Part shown: positions 1-8,789 of the stretch, piece after piece | How positions within the stretch are numbered: the stretch's first letter is position 1 | How the letters are laid out: every line of letters begins with the position of its first letter | Virus record (IMG/VR): IMGVR_UViG_3300045988_115635 | Span: 32,001-96,000 of that record | DNA: 64,000 bases | Strand: one strand, 5' to 3' | Source of the DNA: a virus | Notes under the pieces: model-generated | What the model was told of the DNA's origin: nothing | The model's database searches: none | The model's input: the letters and a program-made list of their open reading frames with translations, nothing else | Position numbers and translations under genes: made by a program

Positions 1-161
1 TAAAGCATTGATGAAGATATATTGCTAATCTCCATAATGTCTTTACCTGCTCTTGCTTCATCTAATTTAGCCGTTAGATTAAGAGTGTTTTCTATTGGCT
101 GGGTTATTGTTTCTTTATATGCTTTAATGATTTGTTCTTGTGCTACTGGTGCAAAATCCAT
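1..161 (-). CDS. hypothetical protein, 3' end cut by window start (N-terminal 53 aa visible)
   Basis: The reverse complement of 159-161 is ATG, preceded by AGGGAGGG. The frame stays open to position 1 and translates MDFAPVAQEQIIKAYKETITQPIENTLNLTAKLDEARAGKDIMEISNISSSML. Not in the ORF track because it is shorter than 60 aa; it overlaps the stop of the next gene by 19 nt. Confidence 0.3.
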   Translation of the reverse strand, partial: MDFAPVAQEQIIKAYKETITQPIENTLNLTAKLDEARAGKDIMEISNISSSML

Positions 162-946
162 GCTGGTATCTTCCCTCCCTCTTCCCTGCAAAATGCTCTA
201 CAAGGGCATTTCTTATAGGTAGAATCTCCAAATTTGCATTCATAGCCAATACCATCAACAGAACCACGATCTAAAGCTGCTTTTACCGTCTCCCAGCGTC
301 TTAGAGTAGGTCCCATGTCTATTGGCTTGATGATAAATTCTTTCATCTTGTGTGGTCGGTCTTTTGATATATATAAAGCAATACCAAAAGGTAGATTTTT
401 AAGCATTAAATACATTGATACTTGCATAATGTGCGCTGTATCTGGTTTAGATAATGACTTAAACAAAGGCGCGGTTTTGGTCTTAATTTCAATAGGTACT
501 TCTTTTTCAAAACCAGGAAACTTTAGAATACTGTCGATACTGCCAGCGATTCTATGCTCTTTGTCTATTACCTTGCATTCATTACTAATAAGAGTTGGAA
601 AACCATCGTAATTATTAAAGTCTGCGAACCACGCTTGAATCATTGCATGTAAAGCGTGACCGATCTTAAAAGTAATTTGCAACTCTGTATCATGCTTATT
701 TATAAACTGTTTGTCATATTTGCCGCTCTTTTCAAAATATAAGCGTCTCATGCACATTAAGCACTCATTAGAGGGGTGCAAGTTAACACGATCAATAGGC
801 TTGAATCTATCCTCTACCGTATAGTCTCCAACGTTAGGTACTAGCGTTAGGTATTTTTCTATATAAGGTATTAGCTTTGGGTATCCTTCATCGTTCGTTT
901 TCTGTTCGGTTATTCCAAACAATTCAGACCCATTTTTAATAATCAA
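143..946 (-). CDS. Cas4/RecB-family PD-(D/E)XK exonuclease with C-terminal Cys cluster (putative Fe-S)
   Basis: RecB-nuclease motifs are present: GSIDSIL (motif II, Asp), IEIKTK (E-x-K) and QVSMY (Q-x-x-x-Y). The C-terminus carries CKFGDSTYKKCPCRAFC (four Cys) and there is a further Cys pair near the N-terminus. Confidence 0.6.
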   Translation of the reverse strand: MIIKNGSELFGITEQKTNDEGYPKLIPYIEKYLTLVPNVGDYTVEDRFKPIDRVNLHPSNECLMCMRRLYFEKSGKYDKQFINKHDTELQITFKIGHALHAMIQAWFADFNNYDGFPTLISNECKVIDKEHRIAGSIDSILKFPGFEKEVPIEIKTKTAPLFKSLSKPDTAHIMQVSMYLMLKNLPFGIALYISKDRPHKMKEFIIKPIDMGPTLRRWETVKAALDRGSVDGIGYECKFGDSTYKKCPCRAFCREEGGKIPAWILHQ

Positions 947-955
947 AATAGAACC

Positions 956-1396
956 TCACTCAAAATTATTCCATGATAGAAAATCTTCCATGTCATAAAC
1001 CACAACTTTGTCGCTCCAACTGTTGTGTACTATCTCTATACACTCACCTACAGACTTTTTAGTAACTGTGTAAGACTTTCTTGTTTTGCTTGCGCTGATT
1101 TCTTCTGTCATTGTGTAGGCTGAAACTACAATTAGTTTTGATAACTCATCACCATCTATACAAATAGCCATCATTGGTGATTTGTTTTCATTTAACGCCC
1201 AAGTGCTTACCTTGTACCACATATCGCCTGTGAGAGCGTATTTATTGCTTTGGGTGTACTTACAGTCGCAAATAAAATTTTTGGTCTTTACATCGCCTTT
1301 AAAACCCGTCATACGCCCCGAATACTTAACTGGCTTACCGTTTAATCTTTCAGCTACTTCACTTTCCCAGGCTTGCCAATTATTCACGGTACTCAC
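956..1396 (-). CDS. hypothetical protein, possible small PD-(D/E)XK-like nuclease
   Basis: The weak motif GDVKTKNFICDCK (D...D-x-K) is present. The gene lies between RecA and the Cas4-like nuclease and overlaps the recA stop by 17 nt. Confidence 0.2.
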   Translation of the reverse strand: MSTVNNWQAWESEVAERLNGKPVKYSGRMTGFKGDVKTKNFICDCKYTQSNKYALTGDMWYKVSTWALNENKSPMMAICIDGDELSKLIVVSAYTMTEEISASKTRKSYTVTKKSVGECIEIVHNSWSDKVVVYDMEDFLSWNNFE

Positions 1397-2543
1397 CTTC
1401 GCCTGGTTTTGCGTTCTTCAAGTGATTTTCACTTTCTTCAATAACAATAGCCATAGTTTCCTCATGGACCTTTTGAGCAAATTCAGGATTATCTCGTAAG
1501 AGTTCTAGCATCTTGTTTCTGCCTTGTGCTTTTACGAACCCTTCTTGACCTTCTTCGCCGTAGTAGAACCAAGCACCTTTTTGAACGATAGTTTTATATC
1601 CGATAGCTAAGGTTAATAAACTGTCTGCACTGTCTACGCCAAAAGGATAATCTTCGGTTTCTACGAAATAGAACCAATAAGCAGCTTCACGGTATGGCTC
1701 TGCTAATTTGTTTTTACGATTCTTGCAAATTACACGATTGCCCACTTTAATTCTTTCGCCGTGAATATCTGCATATTTAGTATCATCTGCTGCACCTGAT
1801 GCTCTAATCTCTGTAATGGTCTTACAAGCGTGCTTTAGACCTTCACCGCCTGAAATAGTCAAACCACCATGCAAAGACTTCATATTAATGCGTGCTTGAC
1901 CAATGTATAAAACAACTGGTAATACAACGTCTTTGCCTGCTCGCTTTTTATTAGCGATACGGGTGAGTTCGGCGTTTACACGGTTAACCATTCGAGTAAT
2001 AACAACAGATGAACCTGCTACCTGAACAGCGTTAGCGTCTCCACCCTTGCCATTTTTACCGTCAATCTCTACGCCACGGGCAACAGCGCCCAAACTATCT
2101 ACAACAATAAAGTCAAAAATACCTTCTTCAATAATCGCGCAAAGGCTATTTACAGCATTTTCAACTGTATCTGGCGTTGATACCCATACTCGGTTGTTGT
2201 TGGGGTTTTCATAGTCAAAATTGATACCGTCAAATTTTTCTAGCCATTGAGGTGTAACAGAACCTTCAATGTCTACGATGCATGCCATAGCGTTGGGGTC
2301 GAAGGTTAACAGTCTACCAATAGCAGAATACGTTAAAGCAGACTTACCAGACGAATAAGTACCCATGATCATGTGTTGGTGTCCACGCATCCACCCACCG
2401 CCTAAAGCAACGTCTAAGGTATCTGCGCCCGTAGAAATAACACCTTGTGAATAGTCAATCTGCTCCACAGGAGAAAAGAAAGACCCCTCGAGAAAATCAT
2501 GCCTAATTTTGTCTATACCTTTTGATTTGTCTTTTAAGTCCAT
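1380..2543 (-). CDS. recA: RecA-family recombinase
   Basis: STGADTLDVALGGGWMRGHQHMIMGTYSSGKS matches the RecA N-terminal and Walker A region. IVVDSLGAV matches Walker B. IGQARINMKSLHGGLTISGGEGLKHACKTITEIR is like RecA loop L2. Confidence 0.75.
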   Translation of the reverse strand: MDLKDKSKGIDKIRHDFLEGSFFSPVEQIDYSQGVISTGADTLDVALGGGWMRGHQHMIMGTYSSGKSALTYSAIGRLLTFDPNAMACIVDIEGSVTPQWLEKFDGINFDYENPNNNRVWVSTPDTVENAVNSLCAIIEEGIFDFIVVDSLGAVARGVEIDGKNGKGGDANAVQVAGSSVVITRMVNRVNAELTRIANKKRAGKDVVLPVVLYIGQARINMKSLHGGLTISGGEGLKHACKTITEIRASGAADDTKYADIHGERIKVGNRVICKNRKNKLAEPYREAAYWFYFVETEDYPFGVDSADSLLTLAIGYKTIVQKGAWFYYGEEGQEGFVKAQGRNKMLELLRDNPEFAQKVHEETMAIVIEESENHLKNAKPGEGEYRE

Positions 2544-2557
2544 ATCTTTACCTCCAT

Positions 2558-5500
2558 TTACTCTGTCTTAATTGGCATAAAGTGTTCAAGAATATAATTA
2601 TCTTCATCATTTCTAAGTTGCTTTTTCAACTCAAAAATAAAATATGATTCATTTTTTAAGTACATGCGTATTTTTTCGAATATGTCAGTAAACGCTACAA
2701 CTTCAAGTTCGAACCCCTCACTTTCGCACTTAATAAAAGCCATAGGTTTACCCTTTTTTGTGGTGATACGTCTAAAACTCGTAACCATAGCAAGCGTAGC
2801 GAACTTTTCTGTATAGTCCACAAAGTTAATCGCGTTACCATTCTTTAGCGCGTCTTTGTATGGTTTCACAATTTCTAATACCTCTGCGTACGGGTCATAA
2901 GTAATAGGCATACCTATTAAGTCTTTTTCGTTTTCAATTATTTCTTTTTTAGCGTAAGCAGGTTGTTCTTCCGTAAACCTTTCTTGGAGCGATTCTCCGA
3001 AAAGGTTTCGAGCAGTGTCGTTAGCTTCATACCTAAAAAGTAGGTCCTTAGAATTTGGATACCACTCACGGAAAAACCCTGCCATTATTAATGATTTCAT
3101 AACGCCAGAATTAGCACCTGATCTTGTTACAAAATCATCAAAATCTGTATAAGGAGCGTTTTCAGCAATCTTTACTACTGCTTTATCACCTACGCCGCGC
3201 AATGAACCAATGCCAATAGCAATAGTTTCATCATCTAAAATAACCCAATCATCAGCTATGTTTGTCACAGTAGGCATAACAATTTTAATACCGTTATCTC
3301 TAGCTTCACGCATGTACCTTGGTAAATCTTCCGATGGTACTGTTTGAAAGCATGAACAATAAAACTCAATAGGGTAGTTATATTTCATCCATGCCGTCCA
3401 AAAAGCTAAGACAGCATAAGCGTATGAATGAGCCTTATTAAAGGAGTAAGAACCAGAAGCCTTGATTTGATTAAAAATTGTTTCTGCTTGCTGTACTGAT
3501 ATACCGCTGTGGTCAACACAACCTTGAACAAATTTAGGCTCTTCTTTTTCCATCTCCTTTAGCTTCTTTTTGCCAATAATGGCTCTCATGTGGTCTGCTT
3601 CTAATGGAGTATAACCAGCCAAAGCACGGCAAATACTCATAGCTTGTTCTTGGTAAACAATTACGCCATAAGTCTCTTTTAGAATAGGCTCTAATTGTGG
3701 TACTACGTATTCAACAGGTTCGCGCCCTGTTTTACGATTGATAAATACTTGCAACATACCAGCCAAAATAACACCTGGTCGATACAACGCTAAAATTGTT
3801 GATAGGTCCATAATGTTATGAGGTAATAATTGCATCGCACATTGTGTAATGTTCTTACCTGATAATTGGAATACGCCTAAAGTATTTCCTGTCTTAAATA
3901 GGTTCCACACACCCTCTTGTGCATCATCTTCAGTAAGCGAATAAAAATCAATGTCCACACCATGACGCTCCTTTACCATTCTTTGGGCGTTGGTTAGCGA
4001 ACTTAAATTTCGCAAACCTAAGAAGTCTGCTTTTAAGAAACCTAAACTTTCAATAGCTACTTTATCGAACTGTGAAACAATATCACCTGTTTTAAGTGAC
4101 AGCCTGGTAGGCATTGCGTTAGATAACTCAATAGGAGAAATAACATAACCACAAGCATGTTGTCCCCATTGTCTAGGAACACCAATCAGGCTAGAAGTGT
4201 GCTTAAACACAGTAGGAAAACGTCCCATCATGCTTTCTAGGTACGTTCTATCCTTATCTTCTAGCAAGTCTAAATGATCATGCCATTCTTTAGGATTCTT
4301 TAGGTTTCTATCAAATACATCAAGAATCTTAGAAACATTTAGTGATTCTTGGTAAGGTATTCTGTAGTAGCGTGCTAGGTCCTGAAAAGCGTTTTTAATC
4401 TTAAAGGTTCCAACTGTACCAACAGCGCAAACATGATCTTTGCCGTACTTTTCATTACAATATTCAACAACATCATGACGTTCTTTATCAGGAAAATCTA
4501 AGTCAATGTCTGGTAAAGAATCAAGCCTGCCCTCATTCAAAAATCGCTGAAAAATAAGACCCTTCCCCATTGGGTCGACCTCTGTAATGTCAGTTGCATA
4601 GCAAAGAATAGAAGCGGTACATGAACCACGTCCAGGACCTACCAGCATATGTTCTTTTGCATATTTATTGTAGTCAGACACTAAAAGAAAATAATCAGCT
4701 AGACCATTATCAAAAATAATGGGCCATTCATTTTCTGTCATTTCTTTAGCATAAGGTACAACTTTTTTAAGGTCCCCGCCCTTGTATTGAATTGTGCCAA
4801 TTTCTTCACCATCAAAGACTTCACAGCCGCCAACTTTTCTAAACAATCCCTTAGCACACAAGTATTTAAGATAGTCGGTACTATCCTTGCCTGCGTCTAT
4901 CCACTTTTGCGGTAAAGGGTATTTAGGTACTTTATGAGATTTATCAAAGTCATAAGGTACTACACGGCTTAATATGCTATCTACCCCATCGAAACAACGT
5001 TCTACATCACCAAGGTATTCAAGGCGTTTTCTTACGTCTTGTTCGTCCATCATGTAATAATCTGCTCGCATACGCATATGATCTTCGTCATAGTGTTTAT
5101 GCATATTGCAGCCAAGCATGATATTTTGAAGTTCGCTATCTTCACGCCTTACGTAATGAGAATCAATAGCATAAATAGTTTTTAAGTCGTGCTTTTTAGC
5201 AAAGTTCATCAACCAAAGATTTACCTTGCGTTGTTCAGGCTCGTTGTTAGTATGAATTTCTACTACAAAATCATCGAAAATAGGCTTTAGCATATCCAAG
5301 AAATATAAAGCCATGTTTTCATCATCATTTTTAGCAGCTACAGACAAAGGACCTGCCAAACAAGCAGAACCACACACTACGCCTTTTCTTCTTGTTCCTA
5401 AATCTTCAACGTAAGTATTGGTGTAAGCGTCTTTACCTTCTTCATGTAGCCATGACTTAGAAGATATATCCCAAACGTTATGTAGACCTTCTTCAGTAGT

Positions 5501-5767
5501 TGCCCAAAGAGTTAAATGGAAACCCTTGCGCGATGAATTGTGATATTTACCATCGCGCAAATATAACTCTGTTCCAAGAATAGGAATTAAGCCGCGCTTT
5601 TTAGCTTCCGTGTATATGTAGTAGTGACCTACACAATGCCCGTGGTCTGTTACAGCAACGTATTTGCTACCAATTTCTAACGCCCTATCGCAAATATCAG
5701 ATGGACTAGCTAGACCATCTAAGAAGCTGTAATAGCTGTGACAGTGTAAATTAGCAAATTCATGCAT
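2558..5767 (-). CDS. dnaE: DNA polymerase III alpha subunit (DnaE-type, PHP domain N-terminus)
   Basis: The protein is 1069 aa. The N-terminal PHP signature is LHCHSYYSFLDGLASP...VAVTDHG. The overall size and architecture match a C-family replicative polymerase. Confidence 0.85.
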   Translation of the reverse strand: MHEFANLHCHSYYSFLDGLASPSDICDRALEIGSKYVAVTDHGHCVGHYYIYTEAKKRGLIPILGTELYLRDGKYHNSSRKGFHLTLWATTEEGLHNVWDISSKSWLHEEGKDAYTNTYVEDLGTRRKGVVCGSACLAGPLSVAAKNDDENMALYFLDMLKPIFDDFVVEIHTNNEPEQRKVNLWLMNFAKKHDLKTIYAIDSHYVRREDSELQNIMLGCNMHKHYDEDHMRMRADYYMMDEQDVRKRLEYLGDVERCFDGVDSILSRVVPYDFDKSHKVPKYPLPQKWIDAGKDSTDYLKYLCAKGLFRKVGGCEVFDGEEIGTIQYKGGDLKKVVPYAKEMTENEWPIIFDNGLADYFLLVSDYNKYAKEHMLVGPGRGSCTASILCYATDITEVDPMGKGLIFQRFLNEGRLDSLPDIDLDFPDKERHDVVEYCNEKYGKDHVCAVGTVGTFKIKNAFQDLARYYRIPYQESLNVSKILDVFDRNLKNPKEWHDHLDLLEDKDRTYLESMMGRFPTVFKHTSSLIGVPRQWGQHACGYVISPIELSNAMPTRLSLKTGDIVSQFDKVAIESLGFLKADFLGLRNLSSLTNAQRMVKERHGVDIDFYSLTEDDAQEGVWNLFKTGNTLGVFQLSGKNITQCAMQLLPHNIMDLSTILALYRPGVILAGMLQVFINRKTGREPVEYVVPQLEPILKETYGVIVYQEQAMSICRALAGYTPLEADHMRAIIGKKKLKEMEKEEPKFVQGCVDHSGISVQQAETIFNQIKASGSYSFNKAHSYAYAVLAFWTAWMKYNYPIEFYCSCFQTVPSEDLPRYMREARDNGIKIVMPTVTNIADDWVILDDETIAIGIGSLRGVGDKAVVKIAENAPYTDFDDFVTRSGANSGVMKSLIMAGFFREWYPNSKDLLFRYEANDTARNLFGESLQERFTEEQPAYAKKEIIENEKDLIGMPITYDPYAEVLEIVKPYKDALKNGNAINFVDYTEKFATLAMVTSFRRITTKKGKPMAFIKCESEGFELEVVAFTDIFEKIRMYLKNESYFIFELKKQLRNDEDNYILEHFMPIKTE

Positions 5768-5783
5768 CGTTTTACCTCAAAAT

Positions 5784-5817
5784 CTCAATTAATTTATTGA
5801 GATAGAACATTTGTTCG
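5784..5817 (-). promoter_or_regulatory. copy 1 of conserved intergenic dyad motif (CTCAAT-N6-ATTGAG + GAACA-N3-TGTTC), upstream of dnaE
   Basis: The plus strand reads ctcaattaatttattgagatagaacatttgttcg. It lies between the terminator at 5824-5860 and the dnaE RBS (GAGG) and ATG. Confidence 0.5.
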
Positions 5818-5823
5818 TTTTTA

Positions 5824-5860
5824 TAAAAAGATAGGGTAAGCACCCGTGAAGGTGCTTACC
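5824..5860 (-). terminator. rho-independent terminator after SSB gene
   Basis: A perfect 10-bp stem GGTAAGCACC/GGTGCTTACC (5835-5844 and 5851-5860) with loop CGTGAA is followed on the minus strand by a U-run (plus-strand aaaaa at 5824-5829). Confidence 0.7.
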
Positions 5861-5862
5861 GC

Positions 5863-7074
5863 TTAATCAAAAGGGATGTCGTTGTCATACACTCCACTCT
5901 GTACGTCCTGCCAAGGAATTGTATAAGGTGCTTGTGATGGAGTTGGTACGGCTGTAGGAATCTGCTGTACTTGCTGTACTGGCTGCGTAGGAACATCTTG
6001 AACAGGAGCAGCCTGAACGGGTTGAGCAGCAATAGTTTGAGCAGGTTGAGCCACTACTTGTGTAACTGGCTGTGCTACCTGCGTAACAGGTTGAGCAGGA
6101 ATGCCTTGCATAGGAACAGGCTGCTGTACTGGCTGTGCCTGCTGTACTGGCTGAACAGGTTGAGCAGCCTGCTGCAAAGCCTGCGTAGCACTCGCTACCG
6201 TTGCGTTAGGCTTATAACCTACATTTTCATTTGCATAACCCTCTACTTGAATACCGCAAGAATTATATGCCTGGGGTGTACCCATACTTGCCACTAAATC
6301 AGCAAGGGTTCTGGTCATATATGGCTTATAAGGCGTGTTATCGGTTTCGCCTGTCTGAAAATTCAAACGATTAAAACGATAGGTGCGTTCATCAATGCGC
6401 TGAATTTCCCAGTCATAGTAAGTAATGGAATCAAAATAAGTTGGGTCCTGGTCGTTGAGGATAGACCAGAAGTTACCATAAGCCTGGTTAACCATTACAA
6501 CCTCTGGGATCATTTCACCATCTTTTTCAATCATCTTGTCTTTGATTGATTTTACCTGCTTATCAGGGATACCCATGCTATTTACAGTAGTTTCATATTC
6601 AGCTTCACGAACAACAGCATAACCATACAAACGGGGTGAAGGATTATTCTTAGCCATGTACTTACGCCCGTTGTATTCTTTTTCAACTTCTTGCTCACAA
6701 AGAGGGCAAGAATAAGGCTGCTGATTCTCTGGGTCGTTCAAACACCATACAGAACGATTAGCACCCTTTACAAAGTGAAAATCACCGCCAGCAGTTCCTT
6801 CTTTTACGTCTACAATATCAGCGTCAGAAAAAGGCTTGCCACATACAGGGCAAACAATAGGCTTACCCTCTGCTATACCTTTATCCCATTCCATCTTTGG
6901 AATTTCGATATTGCAATTACAGCCTACTGATGCGTGATTTACTACTACACAATCAACCATTGGAGTTAAGAAGCGCAAAATTGCACTTTCTCCCTTTTTC
7001 AGACTAAACCAACCAAAACCACCATTGCCTTTGGTGTTCTGTTCCTTAGACAAACGCGCTGCAACATTCAACAT
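5863..7074 (-). CDS. T4 gp32-like ssDNA-binding protein with Zn-binding module, long Q/P/V-rich linker and SSB-like C-terminal tip
   Basis: N-terminal KGESAILRFLTP...VVVNH...C..C resembles the gp32 motif GQAVIRFLP...VNH plus Cys ligands. Residues ~298-375 form a (QPV)n low-complexity region. The extreme C-terminus is DNDIPFD, compared with the bacterial SSB tip DDDIPF. Confidence 0.55.
   Translation of the reverse strand: MLNVAARLSKEQNTKGNGGFGWFSLKKGESAILRFLTPMVDCVVVNHASVGCNCNIEIPKMEWDKGIAEGKPIVCPVCGKPFSDADIVDVKEGTAGGDFHFVKGANRSVWCLNDPENQQPYSCPLCEQEVEKEYNGRKYMAKNNPSPRLYGYAVVREAEYETTVNSMGIPDKQVKSIKDKMIEKDGEMIPEVVMVNQAYGNFWSILNDQDPTYFDSITYYDWEIQRIDERTYRFNRLNFQTGETDNTPYKPYMTRTLADLVASMGTPQAYNSCGIQVEGYANENVGYKPNATVASATQALQQAAQPVQPVQQAQPVQQPVPMQGIPAQPVTQVAQPVTQVVAQPAQTIAAQPVQAAPVQDVPTQPVQQVQQIPTAVPTPSQAPYTIPWQDVQSGVYDNDIPFD
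5950..6185 (-). repeat. imperfect tandem 9-12 bp coding repeats (encode QPVQ-type linker of SSB)
   Basis: A periodic ctg(c/t)tgtactggctg / caggttgagcagc pattern is visible in the sequence. It lies inside the SSB CDS; this is not a CRISPR array. Confidence 0.6.
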
Positions 7075-7760
7075 GTTTTCTCCTTACTCTTTTTAAACAA
7101 TTCCATTAGAACGTGTGCCATATAACGTTCAATCTTTACGCCTTTTTGAAATGTAAAAACGTCAAATTCAACAGCATACCCGTTTTTAACTGATTTTCGA
7201 ATACCTGCTTTAATTTCCATTTTCATATTTCTAATATAAGCAGCATCTAATAGGTATTTAACCCAAGTATCTACCTCACTTTCGTCCGTTTCCTCCATGA
7301 TAATATCTGGCTCTTTGTAATAAGCACATCGAGTAATTATTTCAGGTTCTGCCAATACAGGATTAGTTGTTTTTACTGTTTTAACAGATACAACCTCATT
7401 ATTTGTTTTAGCGTCATATTCGGCGCGTTTTACTGGGTCTGATAAAACCTCATAGGCTTTAAAAATCTCTAAGAATGTTTCTTCATTGCCGCCGTGGTCA
7501 GGGTGATTTTCTATCAAGGCTTCTTTTGCTGCCTTTTTAATCTCCTGCTCTGTAGCGTGAGAATCTACTTCTAAGATTTTGTACAGACCGTCAACATCTA
7601 AACAAGGTTTGTATAGTCGAACTATATCTTTATCAGACGAAAAGAAAACTTTTCCACCTGTCAAAGAAAGAACTAATCCATCTGGCACAGGGTTATTTGC
7701 TACCCTTTTCCTTATTGGCGTTTTCTTCTTTCTTTTCGGTTTCGACTTTAGAACAACCAT
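7068..7760 (-). CDS. DnaJ (J-domain) protein with basic N-terminus
   Basis: The J-domain YKILEVDSHATEQEIKKAAKEALIENHPDHGG...AYEVLSDPVKRAEYD includes the HPD tripeptide. The N-terminus is MVVLKSKPKRKKKTPIRKR (basic). Confidence 0.7.
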   Translation of the reverse strand: MVVLKSKPKRKKKTPIRKRVANNPVPDGLVLSLTGGKVFFSSDKDIVRLYKPCLDVDGLYKILEVDSHATEQEIKKAAKEALIENHPDHGGNEETFLEIFKAYEVLSDPVKRAEYDAKTNNEVVSVKTVKTTNPVLAEPEIITRCAYYKEPDIIMEETDESEVDTWVKYLLDAAYIRNMKMEIKAGIRKSVKNGYAVEFDVFTFQKGVKIERYMAHVLMELFKKSKEKTC

Positions 7761-7821
7761 TTTCCTTTTCTGATACTTTCAAATTTTTGGTTTTTACTGC
7801 ATTAAACTTTTTGAATGCCAT
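7693..7821 (-). CDS. possible small ORF (42 aa, Lys/Glu-rich) overlapping start of J-domain gene
   Basis: A strong Shine-Dalgarno AAAGGAGGT sits 6 nt before the ATG at 7821. The translation is MAFKKFNAVKTKNLKVSEKENGCSKVETEKKEENANKEKGSK. It is in a different frame from the 7068..7760 ORF. Confidence 0.2.
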   Translation of the reverse strand: MAFKKFNAVKTKNLKVSEKENGCSKVETEKKEENANKEKGSK

Positions 7822-7862
7822 TGTGTTACCTCCTTTAAAACAATAGTACCACTTTTCAAACA

Positions 7863-7896
7863 ATAATTAAGAAAATAATTAAGAAAATAATTTTAA
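7863..7896. repeat. tandem direct repeat, 12-mer aataattaagaa x2.8
   Basis: The unit occurs at 7863-7874 and 7875-7886, with a partial third copy. It overlaps the primase stop codon and the intergenic region upstream of the J-domain gene. Confidence 0.6.
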
Positions 7897-8789
7897 TAGC
7901 ACCAAGAAGGTATTACGCCCTTTTTGTAGATAGCTTCGATGCATTCTTCTTTAGTCTTTGCCGCTGGGTCGTCTCTCGTAGGCTGAACTACGAACACCTT
8001 ACAATGAGGCTCTAACATTGATATTGCTTTTTTAGTACCATGATAACCCGCTGGGTCTGGGTCATAAAAAATAAGCACATTATCAAAGTTAGCACGTATT
8101 AGCCTTGCTTGGCCCTCTGATAATTGACAGCCAAAAGTAGCTACAGCGTTATGTATTCCGTATTGGTCTAGTTTAATCGCTGATAATGGCGCTTCTACTA
8201 GCACGCATGAATCAGAATCTACATTATCTAAACCAAACAAAATATACTCTCGTGGTAAATCAGGCGAATGTAGCCACTTAGGAATAGTTGCGTTATTTAC
8301 ACCTCTAGCAGTCCACCCAATAAGTTCACCTTTGAAGTAAATAGGAACCACAACACGATTCATTTCTTGCGAGTAGCCTAATTTCCACTTTTTAATAGTT
8401 TCATCATTGAAGCCACGATCATACCAGTATTGATGCTTGTTATTGAGCCAATTAGTAATATCTCGCTCTAATGGGGTAACTTGTTTAATCTCTCTCGTAC
8501 CGCTAGACATAATTTTTAGCAGTTCTTCTTTAGTAACTTCACCATAAATAAGATTTATAGCTTGTGACTTGCTACACTGCTTTTTACTCATTACTAAAGA
8601 GATTAAAGACCCTGAAAAACCACAAGCGAAACAATGATGTTTGAGTGTTTTCAAGTTTAAGGACCAGGAGGGTTTTCTGTCTCCGTGCTTGTGGTTTTCA
8701 GGGCAAGGACAGCTTGCCCATAATTCATCTTTTTCAATACGTGAATTTTTGAGGTCAAGCAGTTCTATTATTTTATCAGCAGTTACCAT
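7893..8789 (-). CDS. dnaG: DNA primase (DnaG-like: zinc-binding + TOPRIM)
   Basis: The N-terminal zinc finger is CPCPENHKH...CFACGFSG. The TOPRIM-like region is VLVEAPLSAIKLDQYG...YDPDPAG. The gene overlaps the dnaB stop by 7 nt. Confidence 0.7.
   Translation of the reverse strand: MVTADKIIELLDLKNSRIEKDELWASCPCPENHKHGDRKPSWSLNLKTLKHHCFACGFSGSLISLVMSKKQCSKSQAINLIYGEVTKEELLKIMSSGTREIKQVTPLERDITNWLNNKHQYWYDRGFNDETIKKWKLGYSQEMNRVVVPIYFKGELIGWTARGVNNATIPKWLHSPDLPREYILFGLDNVDSDSCVLVEAPLSAIKLDQYGIHNAVATFGCQLSEGQARLIRANFDNVLIFYDPDPAGYHGTKKAISMLEPHCKVFVVQPTRDDPAAKTKEECIEAIYKKGVIPSWCY

Noticed and set aside
5950-6185. Periodic DNA repeats considered as a possible CRISPR-like or iteron array
   Set aside because: The repeats are imperfect 9-12 bp units with no unique spacers, and they encode the in-frame (QPV)n linker of the SSB. 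This is coding low-complexity sequence, not a CRISPR array.
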